Shown: piece by piece, positions 19,304 through 29,610 of the stretch
How the letters are laid out: each line of letters starts with the position of its first letter
Numbering within the stretch: the first letter of the stretch is position 1
Origin: a bacterium UBP13_UBA5359
Lineage (GTDB): Bacteria; UBP13; UBA5359
Length of the DNA stretch: 64,000 bases
Assembly (NCBI GenBank): GCA_002410925.1
Contig: DHPR01000033.1
Span: 268,397 to 332,396 of the forward strand
Direction of reading: 5' to 3'
Translations under genes and position numbers: made by a program
The notes under the pieces: model-generated
What the model saw: the letters and a program-made list of their open reading frames with translations, nothing else
Databases searched by the model: none
What the model was told of the DNA's origin: nothing

Positions 19304-20646
19304 TGTTTTTGACCACCTTGCGGCATTACGGTATAGATGCAGAGCTTATCCGTTGTTAAATATCGGGCAACGGCATCTTTAATATCTTCCGGCTCGATCT
19401 CCGCAATATGTTGTAAATAGGTATCAGCGCCGGTTTGTCCGGCCACCCAGTTCCGGCCATATAGTCCTGCCGTAGCCACAGCCCCCTCGCAATTAAAGAT
19501 ATAATCACGTCGAATAAGCGCTTTAGCTCGGTTCATCTCTGCCGTATCCGGAGCATTGCGTTCAGTCAGCGTGCGCCGCAATTCGTCTTCTACTATCTTC
19601 ACATCCTGAGGATGAGTCACTGCATAGGCTGCCATCAATCCGGCTCTGTTAAGGGTCATATTGAATGCCCCTACCTCTGATGCCAGCCCCTTCTGTTCAC
19701 GCAACGTTTTATAAAGTCGGGATGCTTTCCCCTGTCCCAGGATTGCAGCCAGAACATCCAACGCATAGATATCTCTGCTGCTCTTTCCACCGGTAAACCC
19801 AGGTACAGGGCAGACGACGATTATATATGCCTGATTGACAGCCATGGGCAGAGTGAGACGCTTACCGGTCGTCATTAAAGTTATATCGACAAAATCAACA
19901 GACTTTCCTCTGTCTTCGCGATTATCGGCACCGGTTTGCCCGAATAACTGCTCTGCCATCTTGATTATGCGATCGTGTTTAATACCGCCGGTTGCTACCA
20001 GCGTCATTTCCTTCGGCCGATAAAAGCTTTGGTAATAACTTTTAAGAGTCTTCATATCCACAGCCCTAAGATCCAATACTGTACCTAGTGTAGTTCTGCC
20101 GTAGGAGGTGCCGGAAAAGAGATCGGAGAGACAGGCTTCAAAGAGATTGCCGAAGGGATCATCCGCTTTCCGTCTTATCTCCTCCATTACTACCTGGCGC
20201 TCTCCATCAAGATCAGCAGAATCCAGACGCGGCGTTAACACTGCCTCTGCCAGCAATGCCAGTGCCTCTTCCGCCTTATCGGACGGAACGCTGATATAAT
20301 AATGCGTAAAATCCAGAGAGGTGGCGCCATTGTTGTAACCGCCCATGCTCTTTACAGTGCCATCCAACTCTGCCCGACTGCGGGCAGTGCTCCCCTTGAA
20401 GAGCATATGCTCCAACAGATGGGCAGTGCCGGATGCGCCCTCCGGATCATCGGCACTGCCATGTCTTATCCAGATATCGAGAGCAGCCACAGGGGAATCG
20501 GCATTCTCCACTGTGATAACCGTCAGTCCGTTATTCAATCGGTCTACCGTCGGCATCGGAGCCGCTGCTTGAGCAGGAATACCGGGCAGCGCCACCATAC
20601 TCAGAAAAAAACCGATGATAATCTCTTTAACGCGGATCAAGTGCAT
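19300..20646 (-). CDS. M16B zinc peptidase, catalytic subunit (secreted)
   Basis: Signal peptide; LNNGLTV; AHLLEHMLFKGS (HxxEH); ERQVVMEE. Confidence 0.9.
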   Translation of the reverse strand: MHLIRVKEIIIGFFLSMVALPGIPAQAAAPMPTVDRLNNGLTVITVENADSPVAALDIWIRHGSADDPEGASGTAHLLEHMLFKGSTARSRAELDGTVKSMGGYNNGATSLDFTHYYISVPSDKAEEALALLAEAVLTPRLDSADLDGERQVVMEEIRRKADDPFGNLFEACLSDLFSGTSYGRTTLGTVLDLRAVDMKTLKSYYQSFYRPKEMTLVATGGIKHDRIIKMAEQLFGQTGADNREDRGKSVDFVDITLMTTGKRLTLPMAVNQAYIIVVCPVPGFTGGKSSRDIYALDVLAAILGQGKASRLYKTLREQKGLASEVGAFNMTLNRAGLMAAYAVTHPQDVKIVEDELRRTLTERNAPDTAEMNRAKALIRRDYIFNCEGAVATAGLYGRNWVAGQTGADTYLQHIAEIEPEDIKDAVARYLTTDKLCIYTVMPQGGQKQ

Positions 20647-21718
20647 CTCTAAGCCCATCCCCCAATAGATTGAATGATAATACGGTTATAAATATCATGG
20701 CTCCGGGAGCCAGCATCCAGGGATACGACGTCAGAACGCGTATATTCTGCGCTGCCTGAAGCATATTCCCCCAACTGGCCATCGGCTCCTGTATGCCCAT
20801 ACCGAGAAATGAGAGAGCTACTTCGCCAAGTATGTAACCGGGCAAACTGAGCGTGATAGCCACTATCACATAGCTCACGGTATTGGGTAACAAATGACGA
20901 GTGATTATTCTCCAGTCGCTCACTCCCTGCGATCTGGCAGCAGTAACATAATCGCGTTCTCTGATGGATAGGACCATACCACGTATAACCCTGGCCATGC
21001 CGGCCCAGCCAATAAAGCTAAGAACGCAGATCATGAGCAGATAACGCAAGGAAGAGGCCATACCGGTGGGTAAAACAGCCATAATAGCTAGAATAAGATA
21101 AAAAGATGGAAAGGCCATAACCAGCTCAGAGAAACGCATAATAAGGTTATCGACAGCCCCGCCGTAATAACCGGATATCCCCCCTACGGTCAAGCCTATG
21201 AAAAAGGTTATGATAATGCCGACAAGGCCGATTGATAGTGATATCTGGGCTCCATAAAGTAAACGTGAAAAGATATCGCGTCCAAAACGATCGGTTCCCA
21301 GCAGATATAATTTACCGGGGGCATCAATACCAAAGAGATGCCTGTCAGAGGGTATCAAGCCGAGCAATTTATATTTATCGCCTCTGACAAAGAACCTTAC
21401 GTAGTAACGCTTTCCAGCAGCTTTCTCATAACCGGTAATCCCTTTGCCACTGCGGTAATCATACACAAAGGGTCGCCAACTCCACCCGCATTCATCACTC
21501 CAGCGAATACCGATAGGCTGATGAAATGATGCTTGCCTGTTCTGCCTGTCCATGGCATAAGGTGCAATAAAACCGGCCAGCAATGCAGATAGATAAAGAA
21601 TCGCCAAGATTGCAGCTGAAGCCACAGCAGCTCTATTACGGCCGAGACGACGTAAAAAGAGGCGCCCCGGTGAAAGGCTGGTATGCTCTATCCTTGCTTT
21701 TATCGATTTATCAGCCAT
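20627..21718 (-). CDS. oppC: Oligopeptide ABC transporter permease
   Basis: LGTDRFGRDIFSRLLYGAQISL, RHLLPN, SFNLLGDGLRDALDPR; start uncertain (up to 21769). Confidence 0.9.
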   Translation of the reverse strand: MADKSIKARIEHTSLSPGRLFLRRLGRNRAAVASAAILAILYLSALLAGFIAPYAMDRQNRQASFHQPIGIRWSDECGWSWRPFVYDYRSGKGITGYEKAAGKRYYVRFFVRGDKYKLLGLIPSDRHLFGIDAPGKLYLLGTDRFGRDIFSRLLYGAQISLSIGLVGIIITFFIGLTVGGISGYYGGAVDNLIMRFSELVMAFPSFYLILAIMAVLPTGMASSLRYLLMICVLSFIGWAGMARVIRGMVLSIRERDYVTAARSQGVSDWRIITRHLLPNTVSYVIVAITLSLPGYILGEVALSFLGMGIQEPMASWGNMLQAAQNIRVLTSYPWMLAPGAMIFITVLSFNLLGDGLRDALDPR

Positions 21719-21906
21719 CTGTTTTCTCAGCAACCTGTCAGCACTCCTGAATTCATCTTTACACTTCACATCCTCATAGTTCGCTTGAACTCCCGGCTCC
21801 TAAACCTGCAACTGCATTCAAATCGCAAACAACCGGCTTAAACTTCTGTCTTCTCTCTTCTCAACCTGCAAAGATACTTAAATACTGAATGACCGGCCAT
21901 ACCTTC

Positions 21907-22872
21907 TTAATCATATCTTATACGCGGATCGCTGTAAGCCAGCAGAATATCCGCCAGCAGGTTACCGCCTATAAGCATTATGGAGCTGATTACCAGCGAG
22001 CCCATAACCAGGTAAATATCCTTTCCCGAGAGAGCATCCAGCATCAGACGGCCCAAACCCGGCCAGGCCATGACTATTTCTACCAGCGCCGCTCCGCTAA
22101 GCAGATCTCCGATATAATAGCCAAAAATGGTTATCAAAGGATTGATGGCATTACCAAAGGCATGGCGGTAAACAGCTACTCTTTCGGAAACTCCTTTGGC
22201 CCTGGCAGCGGTGACATAATCACTGCGCAGCGTTTCCAAAAGATTCGAGCGTACCTGTCTCATCAATCCGGCCAGCATTCCAATTCCCAAAACGAGTGTA
22301 GGCAGAATCAGATGCCGAAGCAGATCCAAAAACTGCTGCCAGGGAGCCATGAATTCATATGACATATGATGCATGCCGCCAATAGGGAGCCATCCGGTTC
22401 TGGCTGCTGCAAATACGGCCAGCAGAGCTAGAAAGGCTGTGGGCACGGATATTCCCATAAAGGCCAATATTGACGTTAGCCTGTCTATCCAACTGTTGCG
22501 ATGCACCGCAGCCAGAATTCCCAGCGGCACGGCTATGCCCCAGGCAAAGATAGTGGAACTAAGGCCCAGTAACAGCGTAGCGGCTGCTCTCTGCGCAATA
22601 AGCTTGATCACCGGCATATGATAAGCAAAGGAATAGCCGAAATCCAGCCTGACCACGCCCCAGAGCCAACGTAGATACCGAATGTGCACCGGCTGATCGA
22701 GGCCGTAAGTTACTCTCAGCTTTTCGATCAGTTGCGGTGAAATCTGTGGATTGAGCGACATCTGCGTTAAAAAATCGCCGGGCGCCATTTGCATAATGGC
22801 AAAAGAGACAAGGGTTATGGCGATCAGCAGGGGTATAGCACTCAACACTCTTCTTATAATAAAGCGGTACAT
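21907..22872 (-). CDS. oppB: Oligopeptide ABC transporter permease
   Basis: YGLDQP...RYLRWL, DFGYS, AARAKG, WPGLGRL, DPRIRY. Confidence 0.92.
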   Translation of the reverse strand: MYRFIIRRVLSAIPLLIAITLVSFAIMQMAPGDFLTQMSLNPQISPQLIEKLRVTYGLDQPVHIRYLRWLWGVVRLDFGYSFAYHMPVIKLIAQRAAATLLLGLSSTIFAWGIAVPLGILAAVHRNSWIDRLTSILAFMGISVPTAFLALLAVFAAARTGWLPIGGMHHMSYEFMAPWQQFLDLLRHLILPTLVLGIGMLAGLMRQVRSNLLETLRSDYVTAARAKGVSERVAVYRHAFGNAINPLITIFGYYIGDLLSGAALVEIVMAWPGLGRLMLDALSGKDIYLVMGSLVISSIMLIGGNLLADILLAYSDPRIRYD

Positions 22873-22876
22873 CGTC

Positions 22877-24622
22877 TCACCTTACATATATTTGCCATTC
22901 ATTCCAGAGAGCCCCGGAGATGGCCGGCCGAAGATTGCCAAAGCGATTCCTTATAGCCGCTGTTCTGGTAGGAGTCGTCAAAAAGACAACGGGCAATTCA
23001 TCGGCTATGATCTCCTGATATTCATAGTATAGTGCCTTACGCTTCTCTTTATCAAGTGTAACGGCTGCTGTATCGAATATACGGTCAATACGCTCTTCCC
23101 ACGCAGTGGCCGGCGTAGATTGTGCCGGGTTCCAAATATGTAATTGTCCGCTGCTTTTCCAAAGATTGCTGCCGGAATGGGGCTCCAGCCCTCCGGTAAA
23201 GCCAAGTAGGCAGGCCTCCCAATCGGAACTTTTATCCAGCTTGGTTACCAGCGAATTAAATGATATGGGAGCCAGTGTAACTTTTATACCCAGACGCTGC
23301 AGATCATCCTTGATGATATTACCCTGATCCACCCGTTCCTTGTTCTCCACGTTGGTAATGATGGTAAACGCTACTGTGCGACCGCTACTATCCTCTATGT
23401 AACCATCGCCGTTTCTATCCTTGTAGCCTGCCTGCTCCAAAAGGATTCTGGCCCTGGCCGGGTCATATGGATATTCAGGCAATGAAGGGTTGTAATAAAC
23501 ACGATTAGCCGAGGATTCCGGGCCATTTTGGGGCACGGCCAGGCCGTCATAAACAGTACTGATAATTCCTTTTTTATCCACGGCGCAGGCCAGCGCCCGG
23601 CGAAAATTACGATCGCTGAACCATCTGCGTCTGGCCGGATCCAACTTGACTGCCCGAGGGTTCATATTGAAGAAGAGCATCTCTGTACCCAAAGCTGGTC
23701 CCAGATTATACATGGTGAAATCACCGGCCTTCTCCTGTCGTTTAAGCATAGCATAATCCGATCCTCTCACACTCAGAAGATCGGCTTCGCCCGCCATGAA
23801 CCTGGCAGGCATGGATTCCAGGTCGGGAACAACCACATATATCAACCCGTCCAGATACGGCAATCTCTTACCTTCAGTATCCATCTTCCAGTAATACGGA
23901 TTTCGGGACAGAACTACCTTTTGACCGGGAATATAGCGATTTAAAACAAACGGGCCGCAGCCGACTATCTTCTCCGGCTCCGTGTCTATGCCCCAGGTGG
24001 AGTTGAATTTACCGGCACGTACAGAGTGTTCAAGCTTATGTTTTGGTAGAATAGGCGTGGTAAGGCCGTTCAGCAGCGGCGCAAAGGGCTCCACGGTAAC
24101 TATCTGAATGGTCTGCTCATCAACCTTACGTGTCTTTATAGGGTGCCCCTTGACACTTAGAACATCCGCAGTGCTGTTAGGTATACGTGAATCAAAGATA
24201 ACATCGAAAGTAAAGATGACATCGTCTGCTGTCAGAGGAAGGCCGTCTGACCATTGCAATCCTTTGCGAAGAGTGAAAGTCCACGTCCGTCCATCCGAAG
24301 TGGTAGACCATGACCTGGCCAGCGCCGGCTCATAATCCATGGTTTCTCCGTTCATTTCCACCAACCCGGAGAAGATGTGGTTTATAATCTCTGTGCTGGA
24401 TGTTTCAGAAGCGGTTACGGGATTAAATGTCTTAGGATCCGAGAGAGCCATCAGCACCAGGGCTCCACCATACCGACCGATATCACCGGAGACGGCTTTC
24501 AGTTCACATTCGGAAATGACAGGCTGCGCAGGCTTGACCGGAGCATCTTTACCCGTGCTGCATTCGGCTATCATTAAAGCTGCCAGAACAGCCGTCAAAA
24601 AGAACATAAGCTGTTTATACAA
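22877..24622 (-). CDS. oppA: Peptide ABC transporter substrate-binding protein (family 5)
   Basis: DPKTFNP, LARSW...TFTLRKG..WSDG.PLTADDV, GCGPF, RNPYYW. Confidence 0.9.
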   Translation of the reverse strand: MYKQLMFFLTAVLAALMIAECSTGKDAPVKPAQPVISECELKAVSGDIGRYGGALVLMALSDPKTFNPVTASETSSTEIINHIFSGLVEMNGETMDYEPALARSWSTTSDGRTWTFTLRKGLQWSDGLPLTADDVIFTFDVIFDSRIPNSTADVLSVKGHPIKTRKVDEQTIQIVTVEPFAPLLNGLTTPILPKHKLEHSVRAGKFNSTWGIDTEPEKIVGCGPFVLNRYIPGQKVVLSRNPYYWKMDTEGKRLPYLDGLIYVVVPDLESMPARFMAGEADLLSVRGSDYAMLKRQEKAGDFTMYNLGPALGTEMLFFNMNPRAVKLDPARRRWFSDRNFRRALACAVDKKGIISTVYDGLAVPQNGPESSANRVYYNPSLPEYPYDPARARILLEQAGYKDRNGDGYIEDSSGRTVAFTIITNVENKERVDQGNIIKDDLQRLGIKVTLAPISFNSLVTKLDKSSDWEACLLGFTGGLEPHSGSNLWKSSGQLHIWNPAQSTPATAWEERIDRIFDTAAVTLDKEKRKALYYEYQEIIADELPVVFLTTPTRTAAIRNRFGNLRPAISGALWNEWQIYVR

Positions 24623-24646
24623 AGCCTGATCCTGCCCTCCTTCATA

Positions 24647-24686
24647 TTAAAAATGCCTTTCCGCTGCAGCGTAAAGGCATTTTTAA
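24647..24686 (-). terminator. Terminator-like hairpin after secG
   Basis: TTAAAAATGCCTTT...AAAGGCATTTTTAA. Confidence 0.65.
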
Positions 24687-24704
24687 ATAACCAAATTATA
24701 TTTC

Positions 24705-24947
24705 TTAGAGAAAGATGGGATAGATAAGATACATCACCAGAGCTGAAGCAAAGAAGGCTATAGCGAGACCTAAAGTAAGCTTATCCAGCTTCTCCTCTGT
24801 GCCGTACCTGGACTTTGCATGCTGCGACCATCCTGTTATGGCACCGGAAAGCCCGCCTTCGCTCTTGGTATTCTGCATCAGAACTACAATGATCAAACCG
24901 ATACATATTAATATATGAACAATCATCATTACCGTTGCCAAGATCAA
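24705..24947 (-). CDS. secG: Preprotein translocase subunit SecG
   Basis: Two TM segments around VLMQNTKSEGGLSGAI; LDKLT. Confidence 0.9.
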   Translation of the reverse strand: MILATVMMIVHILICIGLIIVVLMQNTKSEGGLSGAITGWSQHAKSRYGTEEKLDKLTLGLAIAFFASALVMYLIYPIFL

Positions 24948-25003
24948 AACCTCCTGAAATAACTTAAATTATAATAACATAAGCGTGATTTAGTAGCAAC
25001 CCG

Positions 25004-26698
25004 TCACTTATTATCAGGTATCATCCCGGCGGCAATCTCTCTAGCGCCGGCATTATCACTAACGCCCATCATCGACGACAGCTCGCAAAGGCGCTCATCG
25101 CCCGCCAGACGCTCAATGCTGACACTAACACTGCCGCCGCTGTCAGCAAACTTGATAATTTTCATATGGTTATCAGCGGCGGCCGCTATCTGAGGCGTAT
25201 GAGTAATGCAGAGTACTTGCCTGTGCGCAGCTATTGCCTTCATACGCTCGGCAATAACCCCGCCGATACGTCCGCCGATACCGGCATCGATTTCATCAAA
25301 GACCATAACAGGAATTGCATCATGATCGGCCAGGACGGTTTTTATAGCCAATGCCAGACGCGACAATTCGCCTCCGGAGGCAACTTTGCGCAATTGCATG
25401 GGAGGCTGCCCCGGATTCAGGCTGACCATCATCTCTACTTCATCCATGCCCTTGGCGCTGACAGCTTCAAGCCGCTGCTCATCACTTCCCTCTATCGTAT
25501 TTACAGCTACGGAGAAGACTTGCTTCAGCAACCCCAGATCTTTCAGTTCCTCAATCACTCTTTGAGAGAATGAAGCGGCAAATTGCCGGCGTAAACCGCT
25601 TAAAGTTTCTGCGTCCTGGAGAAGGCTGACTGAGACATCATGAAGCTTGCTCTCCAGATGTTCGGCACTGTATTCCTGCTCCTCAAGCGATGCCAGCTCT
25701 TCAAAAGCCTTGTGCCGATAATCAAGCAATGCTTCCGTATTACCACCGTATTTTGAGCAAAGACGGTTTATACGGTCAAGCCTATCCTGGATCTGTCCCA
25801 GGCGCTGTGGATCAAATTCAATTGTGGAACGATAACCGGCCAGATTTCTGCCGCAATCTTCAAGCTCGGCCAACATGGATTCCAGCCTGCTCTCTTCCTC
25901 TTTCCACTTGCTGTCAACGGCGGAAATGCCGCTGATAGCATCGAGAGCTCTGGATAGACTTTCCGCTGCTGCCGTAGCTTCACGTCCATAAACCTCTTCA
26001 TAGGCTTGATCGGCCAGCGCATAGAGCCTTTCGGCATTGGATAGAATATTGCTCTCCTCTTCCAAAGCTGCAACCTCTTCCGGCACAATGCCGGCATCAT
26101 CTATTTCCTGCACTTGAAAGCGTAGATAATCTATCCGCCGCAATCGTTCTTCAGCTCTATCACGTCTCTTTGCCAATACGGTGAATAATTCCATCCTGGA
26201 TCCATACGCATCATTCACTCGCTGCCGTAAGGAGAGCACTTCCGCACCGGCATACATATCAAGCATATCTATATGCGTAGCCTGCCTCAGCAACGATTGA
26301 GTATCGTGCTGCCCATGAATATCGGCCAGCAGCTCTCCTGCGGAGCGGAATAGCTGTAAGGGAACTATCCTTCCGTTTATGCGGCATAGTCCTCGTCCAT
26401 CGGAGCTTATCTCTCTGGAAAGGTATAATTCATCATCTATCTCTATTGCAGTACGCTCTGAAATTTCTTTAAGAGAGAGGGGCAATAGGTCGGAAAAGAG
26501 AGCTTGTATACGAGCCTTCTCTGCGCCCGGTTTAACCATATCAGCACTAATTCTTCCACCTAAAATAACATCTATAGCTTCAACGATCAACGATTTTCCT
26601 GATCCGGTTTCCCCGGTAAGCACGTTAAGACCGGGACGCAAAACCACTTCCAGTTGCTTTATAATACCAAAATTGCTTATCTCCAGAAGACGCAGCAT
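25004..26698 (-). CDS. recN: DNA repair protein RecN
   Basis: LTGETGSGKS, IHGQH, ASGGELSR, FDEIDAGIGG, CITHTPQIA. Confidence 0.96.
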   Translation of the reverse strand: MLRLLEISNFGIIKQLEVVLRPGLNVLTGETGSGKSLIVEAIDVILGGRISADMVKPGAEKARIQALFSDLLPLSLKEISERTAIEIDDELYLSREISSDGRGLCRINGRIVPLQLFRSAGELLADIHGQHDTQSLLRQATHIDMLDMYAGAEVLSLRQRVNDAYGSRMELFTVLAKRRDRAEERLRRIDYLRFQVQEIDDAGIVPEEVAALEEESNILSNAERLYALADQAYEEVYGREATAAAESLSRALDAISGISAVDSKWKEEESRLESMLAELEDCGRNLAGYRSTIEFDPQRLGQIQDRLDRINRLCSKYGGNTEALLDYRHKAFEELASLEEQEYSAEHLESKLHDVSVSLLQDAETLSGLRRQFAASFSQRVIEELKDLGLLKQVFSVAVNTIEGSDEQRLEAVSAKGMDEVEMMVSLNPGQPPMQLRKVASGGELSRLALAIKTVLADHDAIPVMVFDEIDAGIGGRIGGVIAERMKAIAAHRQVLCITHTPQIAAAADNHMKIIKFADSGGSVSVSIERLAGDERLCELSSMMGVSDNAGAREIAAGMIPDNK

Positions 26699-26704
26699 AG
26701 ATCC

Positions 26705-27604
26705 TCAATCCCTATCGCAAATACGCGCTTCATAATCTCCGCCCCACTTGAGTTTGGTGCGCAGGATAGTATAGAAATTACGCTCATGCAGCTTGACTAC
26801 TCTGGCTTTAAAGGGTGCACTCTTTATCACAATGATATCGCCTTCGATGAGCTTTTCTCCCTCCTGGCCGTCTACTGTGATCATCGCTTCGCGGTCCTCA
26901 CACTCTACCTTGATCCTTACCTCTTCATCTCCGGATACCACCAACGACCGCGCATGAAGCGAATGAGCACATATGGGTGTCACTATAATAACGCTCAGGC
27001 TGGAATTGACCACCGGACCGCCGGCTGATAAAGAGTATGCGGTAGATCCCGTAGGCGTAGCCAGGATTATGCCATCGGCGGCATAAGTAGCCAGATAACG
27101 ATTATCCACATATGTCTTGAAGCGTATCATCCTGGAAAAAGAGCCTTTGGCCACTACTACATCGTTCATGGCTCGATAGAAGAGCCGCTCTTTTCCGTCA
27201 GTTAATACCCGAGCTTGAAGCATCATACGTTCATCTATGGTATAACGTCCCCGCGATATTGCTGACAAGGCTTCCTTCACCTTATCCAGGCGAACTTCCG
27301 TTAAAAAACCCAGCGTTCCCAAGTCTACGCCTAATATCGGTATGCCCACGGGTGCCGCCAAACGTGCTGCGCCCAGAAATGAGCCATCGCCACCCAATAC
27401 CAACAAGAGGTCTATATCACATACTAATTCGTTATCTGCGCATCCATACCCGGGCCGGCCAAGCGCCGTTGCAAAAGCAGGTCTCATCTTGATGACGACA
27501 CATCGCTCTTCCAGCCACTCCACAAAATGCCTTACTTTATCGATGATTTTTTCACTTTGTGGATGTGAGATAACGCCTACCGCTTTAGGAAAGCCATTAT
27601 TCAT
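26705..27604 (-). CDS. nadK: NAD kinase
   Basis: LGGDGS, GTLGFL, ND motif, DGIILATPTGSTAYSLSAGGP. Confidence 0.96.
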   Translation of the reverse strand: MNNGFPKAVGVISHPQSEKIIDKVRHFVEWLEERCVVIKMRPAFATALGRPGYGCADNELVCDIDLLLVLGGDGSFLGAARLAAPVGIPILGVDLGTLGFLTEVRLDKVKEALSAISRGRYTIDERMMLQARVLTDGKERLFYRAMNDVVVAKGSFSRMIRFKTYVDNRYLATYAADGIILATPTGSTAYSLSAGGPVVNSSLSVIIVTPICAHSLHARSLVVSGDEEVRIKVECEDREAMITVDGQEGEKLIEGDIIVIKSAPFKARVVKLHERNFYTILRTKLKWGGDYEARICDRD

Positions 27605-29531
27605 CCGATCGATCACCTATGGCCTTTATTCTCTCCCTGGCTTTGTCTGTCCATTCATCCTTGGGGTGTTCATCGATAAGTTCCTGATACGTTCTCTTGG
27701 CCTTGAACCACTTTCCTAATTGCTCATAGCATTGGCCTGCCTTGTATTGACTTCGGGCAACCCTTCTTTCAAATGATTTGTAAAGTATCACGACTTTTAG
27801 ATATTCGGTTAAGGCATCTTCATACAAATTTTGAGCTGCAAGAGCGTCACCTATTTTTTCCTGGGTATCGGCCAGAGCCTCACCTGTTATCAACGACAAT
27901 GATTTACGATAGGCAGTAACCGCATCCGAATACTTCTTCTGTTGATAATAACAATCACCTATGGCAGCTGCCGCCTCGCGCATAAGCCCGTGCTGCGGGT
28001 AATCCTTTAAAAGACGCTTGAAAGACTCTATGGCTGAATCCCAATCAGATGCCTTCATGCTGAAATAACCGGCATAGTAGAGGGCAAACGGCGCCAGTTC
28101 CGATTTAGGATAAAGCTCCACTACTTTGCGAAATTCAGCTACCGCCTCTGAATACTTCGTCTGCTTGCTAAGCAAATTCGCCACCTGATACTGTGCATCA
28201 CAGGCCCATTTACTGCTGGGATACCTTGATAGCACCTCGCGATATGCCGCAATGGCACCATTGTAATCCGTTAATTCGTAGGCAGCCAATCCAATTTTAT
28301 AATAGATTATATCATTACGCGCATTATCCTTATCTATCGATATTGCACGACGATATATCTCTAAAGCTTTGGCATAGTTCTTCAAATTGAAACAATACTC
28401 GCCCATTTGATGAAGAGCCTCCACTGCCAGAGCACTCTTGGGATAATTATCGGCCAGCCTGGCATAGGCTTCCATAGCCTGATCATATTTGCCCAATTGA
28501 TTATGACACCAGCCCTTATTATACAAGGCGTCGTGCGTAAATATGCTGGACGGATACTGCTTCAAAAGCTTATCATAAGCTGCGACTGCTTCCGCCAATT
28601 TGCTATCCTTGTGATATATCCATCCAATATAGTAAATAGCATCATCCGCCCATTCACTGTTAGGAAAATCTCGTAAAATAGCGTTGAAATCATCATATGC
28701 CTGCGCAAACTTATTCTGTTCATAATACGTCCAGCCGCGAGAGAAGAGCGCATCATCCACAAATTCACTCTGCGGATAATCCGTCAGCACTCTTCCATAT
28801 GCCTCTACGGCTTTGGAGTATTCCTTCAGGGAGTAATATGCTTCACCGAGGCGAAACTGTAGTTCAGCAGCCAGCCTGGGGTTTCTATATTGATCCAGAG
28901 CTGTCTGATAAGCCGTAACAGCCCTCTGATAATCTTTCAATTTCATATAACAGAAGCCTATTGAGTAAGCGGCAAAACCGCTTGTTTCTCCCTTTGGCGC
29001 TTCCTTTAAAACGCACGAGTATGATTTTATAGCTTCCGCATACTGCTGCAGTTGGAAGTGGCTTTCGCCTGCATAATAAGCCGCCAATGAAGCCAATTCC
29101 TTGTCCTCGGCAGAGAGAACAGTGCTAAATTCAGATAAGGCCTTTTCATATTGCTTGGCTTTGAAATAACCCTCTCCCAAACGATAATGCGCCTGCATAA
29201 GGTACTGGCTGCTCGGAAATTCGGCCGTAACCCTTGTATATGCCTGAAATGCAGCCTCTTCCCGGTTCAGCTTATTGTTGCACTCGCCGATAAGGAAGAC
29301 CGCATCTCCCTTTCTATCTCCCCTGGGGAATGCAGTAATGTAATTGCCAAACTGCTTTGCAGCCTCTTCATATAGCTCCTTATTATAGAGGCCGACAGCA
29401 AAGTAATACTGTTCCTTGGCATCGGCGGTATCATCCGCTCCGGCAGCAGCAATTGCAACAATAGAAGTCAGGAGAAGAGTAACTGCTCCTATACTTAATA
29501 CTTTTCGTAACCGGTCGATCATAATGCTCAC
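27597..29531 (-). CDS. Secreted long TPR-repeat protein (CpoB/BamD-type repeats)
   Basis: Signal peptide then repeated A.Y..G..YY....Y..A...Y..L...YP.S units along the whole length. Confidence 0.85.
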   Translation of the reverse strand: MSIMIDRLRKVLSIGAVTLLLTSIVAIAAAGADDTADAKEQYYFAVGLYNKELYEEAAKQFGNYITAFPRGDRKGDAVFLIGECNNKLNREEAAFQAYTRVTAEFPSSQYLMQAHYRLGEGYFKAKQYEKALSEFSTVLSAEDKELASLAAYYAGESHFQLQQYAEAIKSYSCVLKEAPKGETSGFAAYSIGFCYMKLKDYQRAVTAYQTALDQYRNPRLAAELQFRLGEAYYSLKEYSKAVEAYGRVLTDYPQSEFVDDALFSRGWTYYEQNKFAQAYDDFNAILRDFPNSEWADDAIYYIGWIYHKDSKLAEAVAAYDKLLKQYPSSIFTHDALYNKGWCHNQLGKYDQAMEAYARLADNYPKSALAVEALHQMGEYCFNLKNYAKALEIYRRAISIDKDNARNDIIYYKIGLAAYELTDYNGAIAAYREVLSRYPSSKWACDAQYQVANLLSKQTKYSEAVAEFRKVVELYPKSELAPFALYYAGYFSMKASDWDSAIESFKRLLKDYPQHGLMREAAAAIGDCYYQQKKYSDAVTAYRKSLSLITGEALADTQEKIGDALAAQNLYEDALTEYLKVVILYKSFERRVARSQYKAGQCYEQLGKWFKAKRTYQELIDEHPKDEWTDKARERIKAIGDRSDE

Positions 29532-29610
29532 CTCGTAATTATCTTCTCAATCTGAAAACTGGCCACCGTACATAGTTCTGCGCTTTGTATGCGGATACCT
29601 TTTTTCAGAA

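Noticed and set aside
21719-21906. Long oppB-oppC spacer with a repeated AACCTGCAA
   Set aside because: Only a 9-mer repeat, no convincing structure or ORF; part may be an N-terminal extension of oppC.
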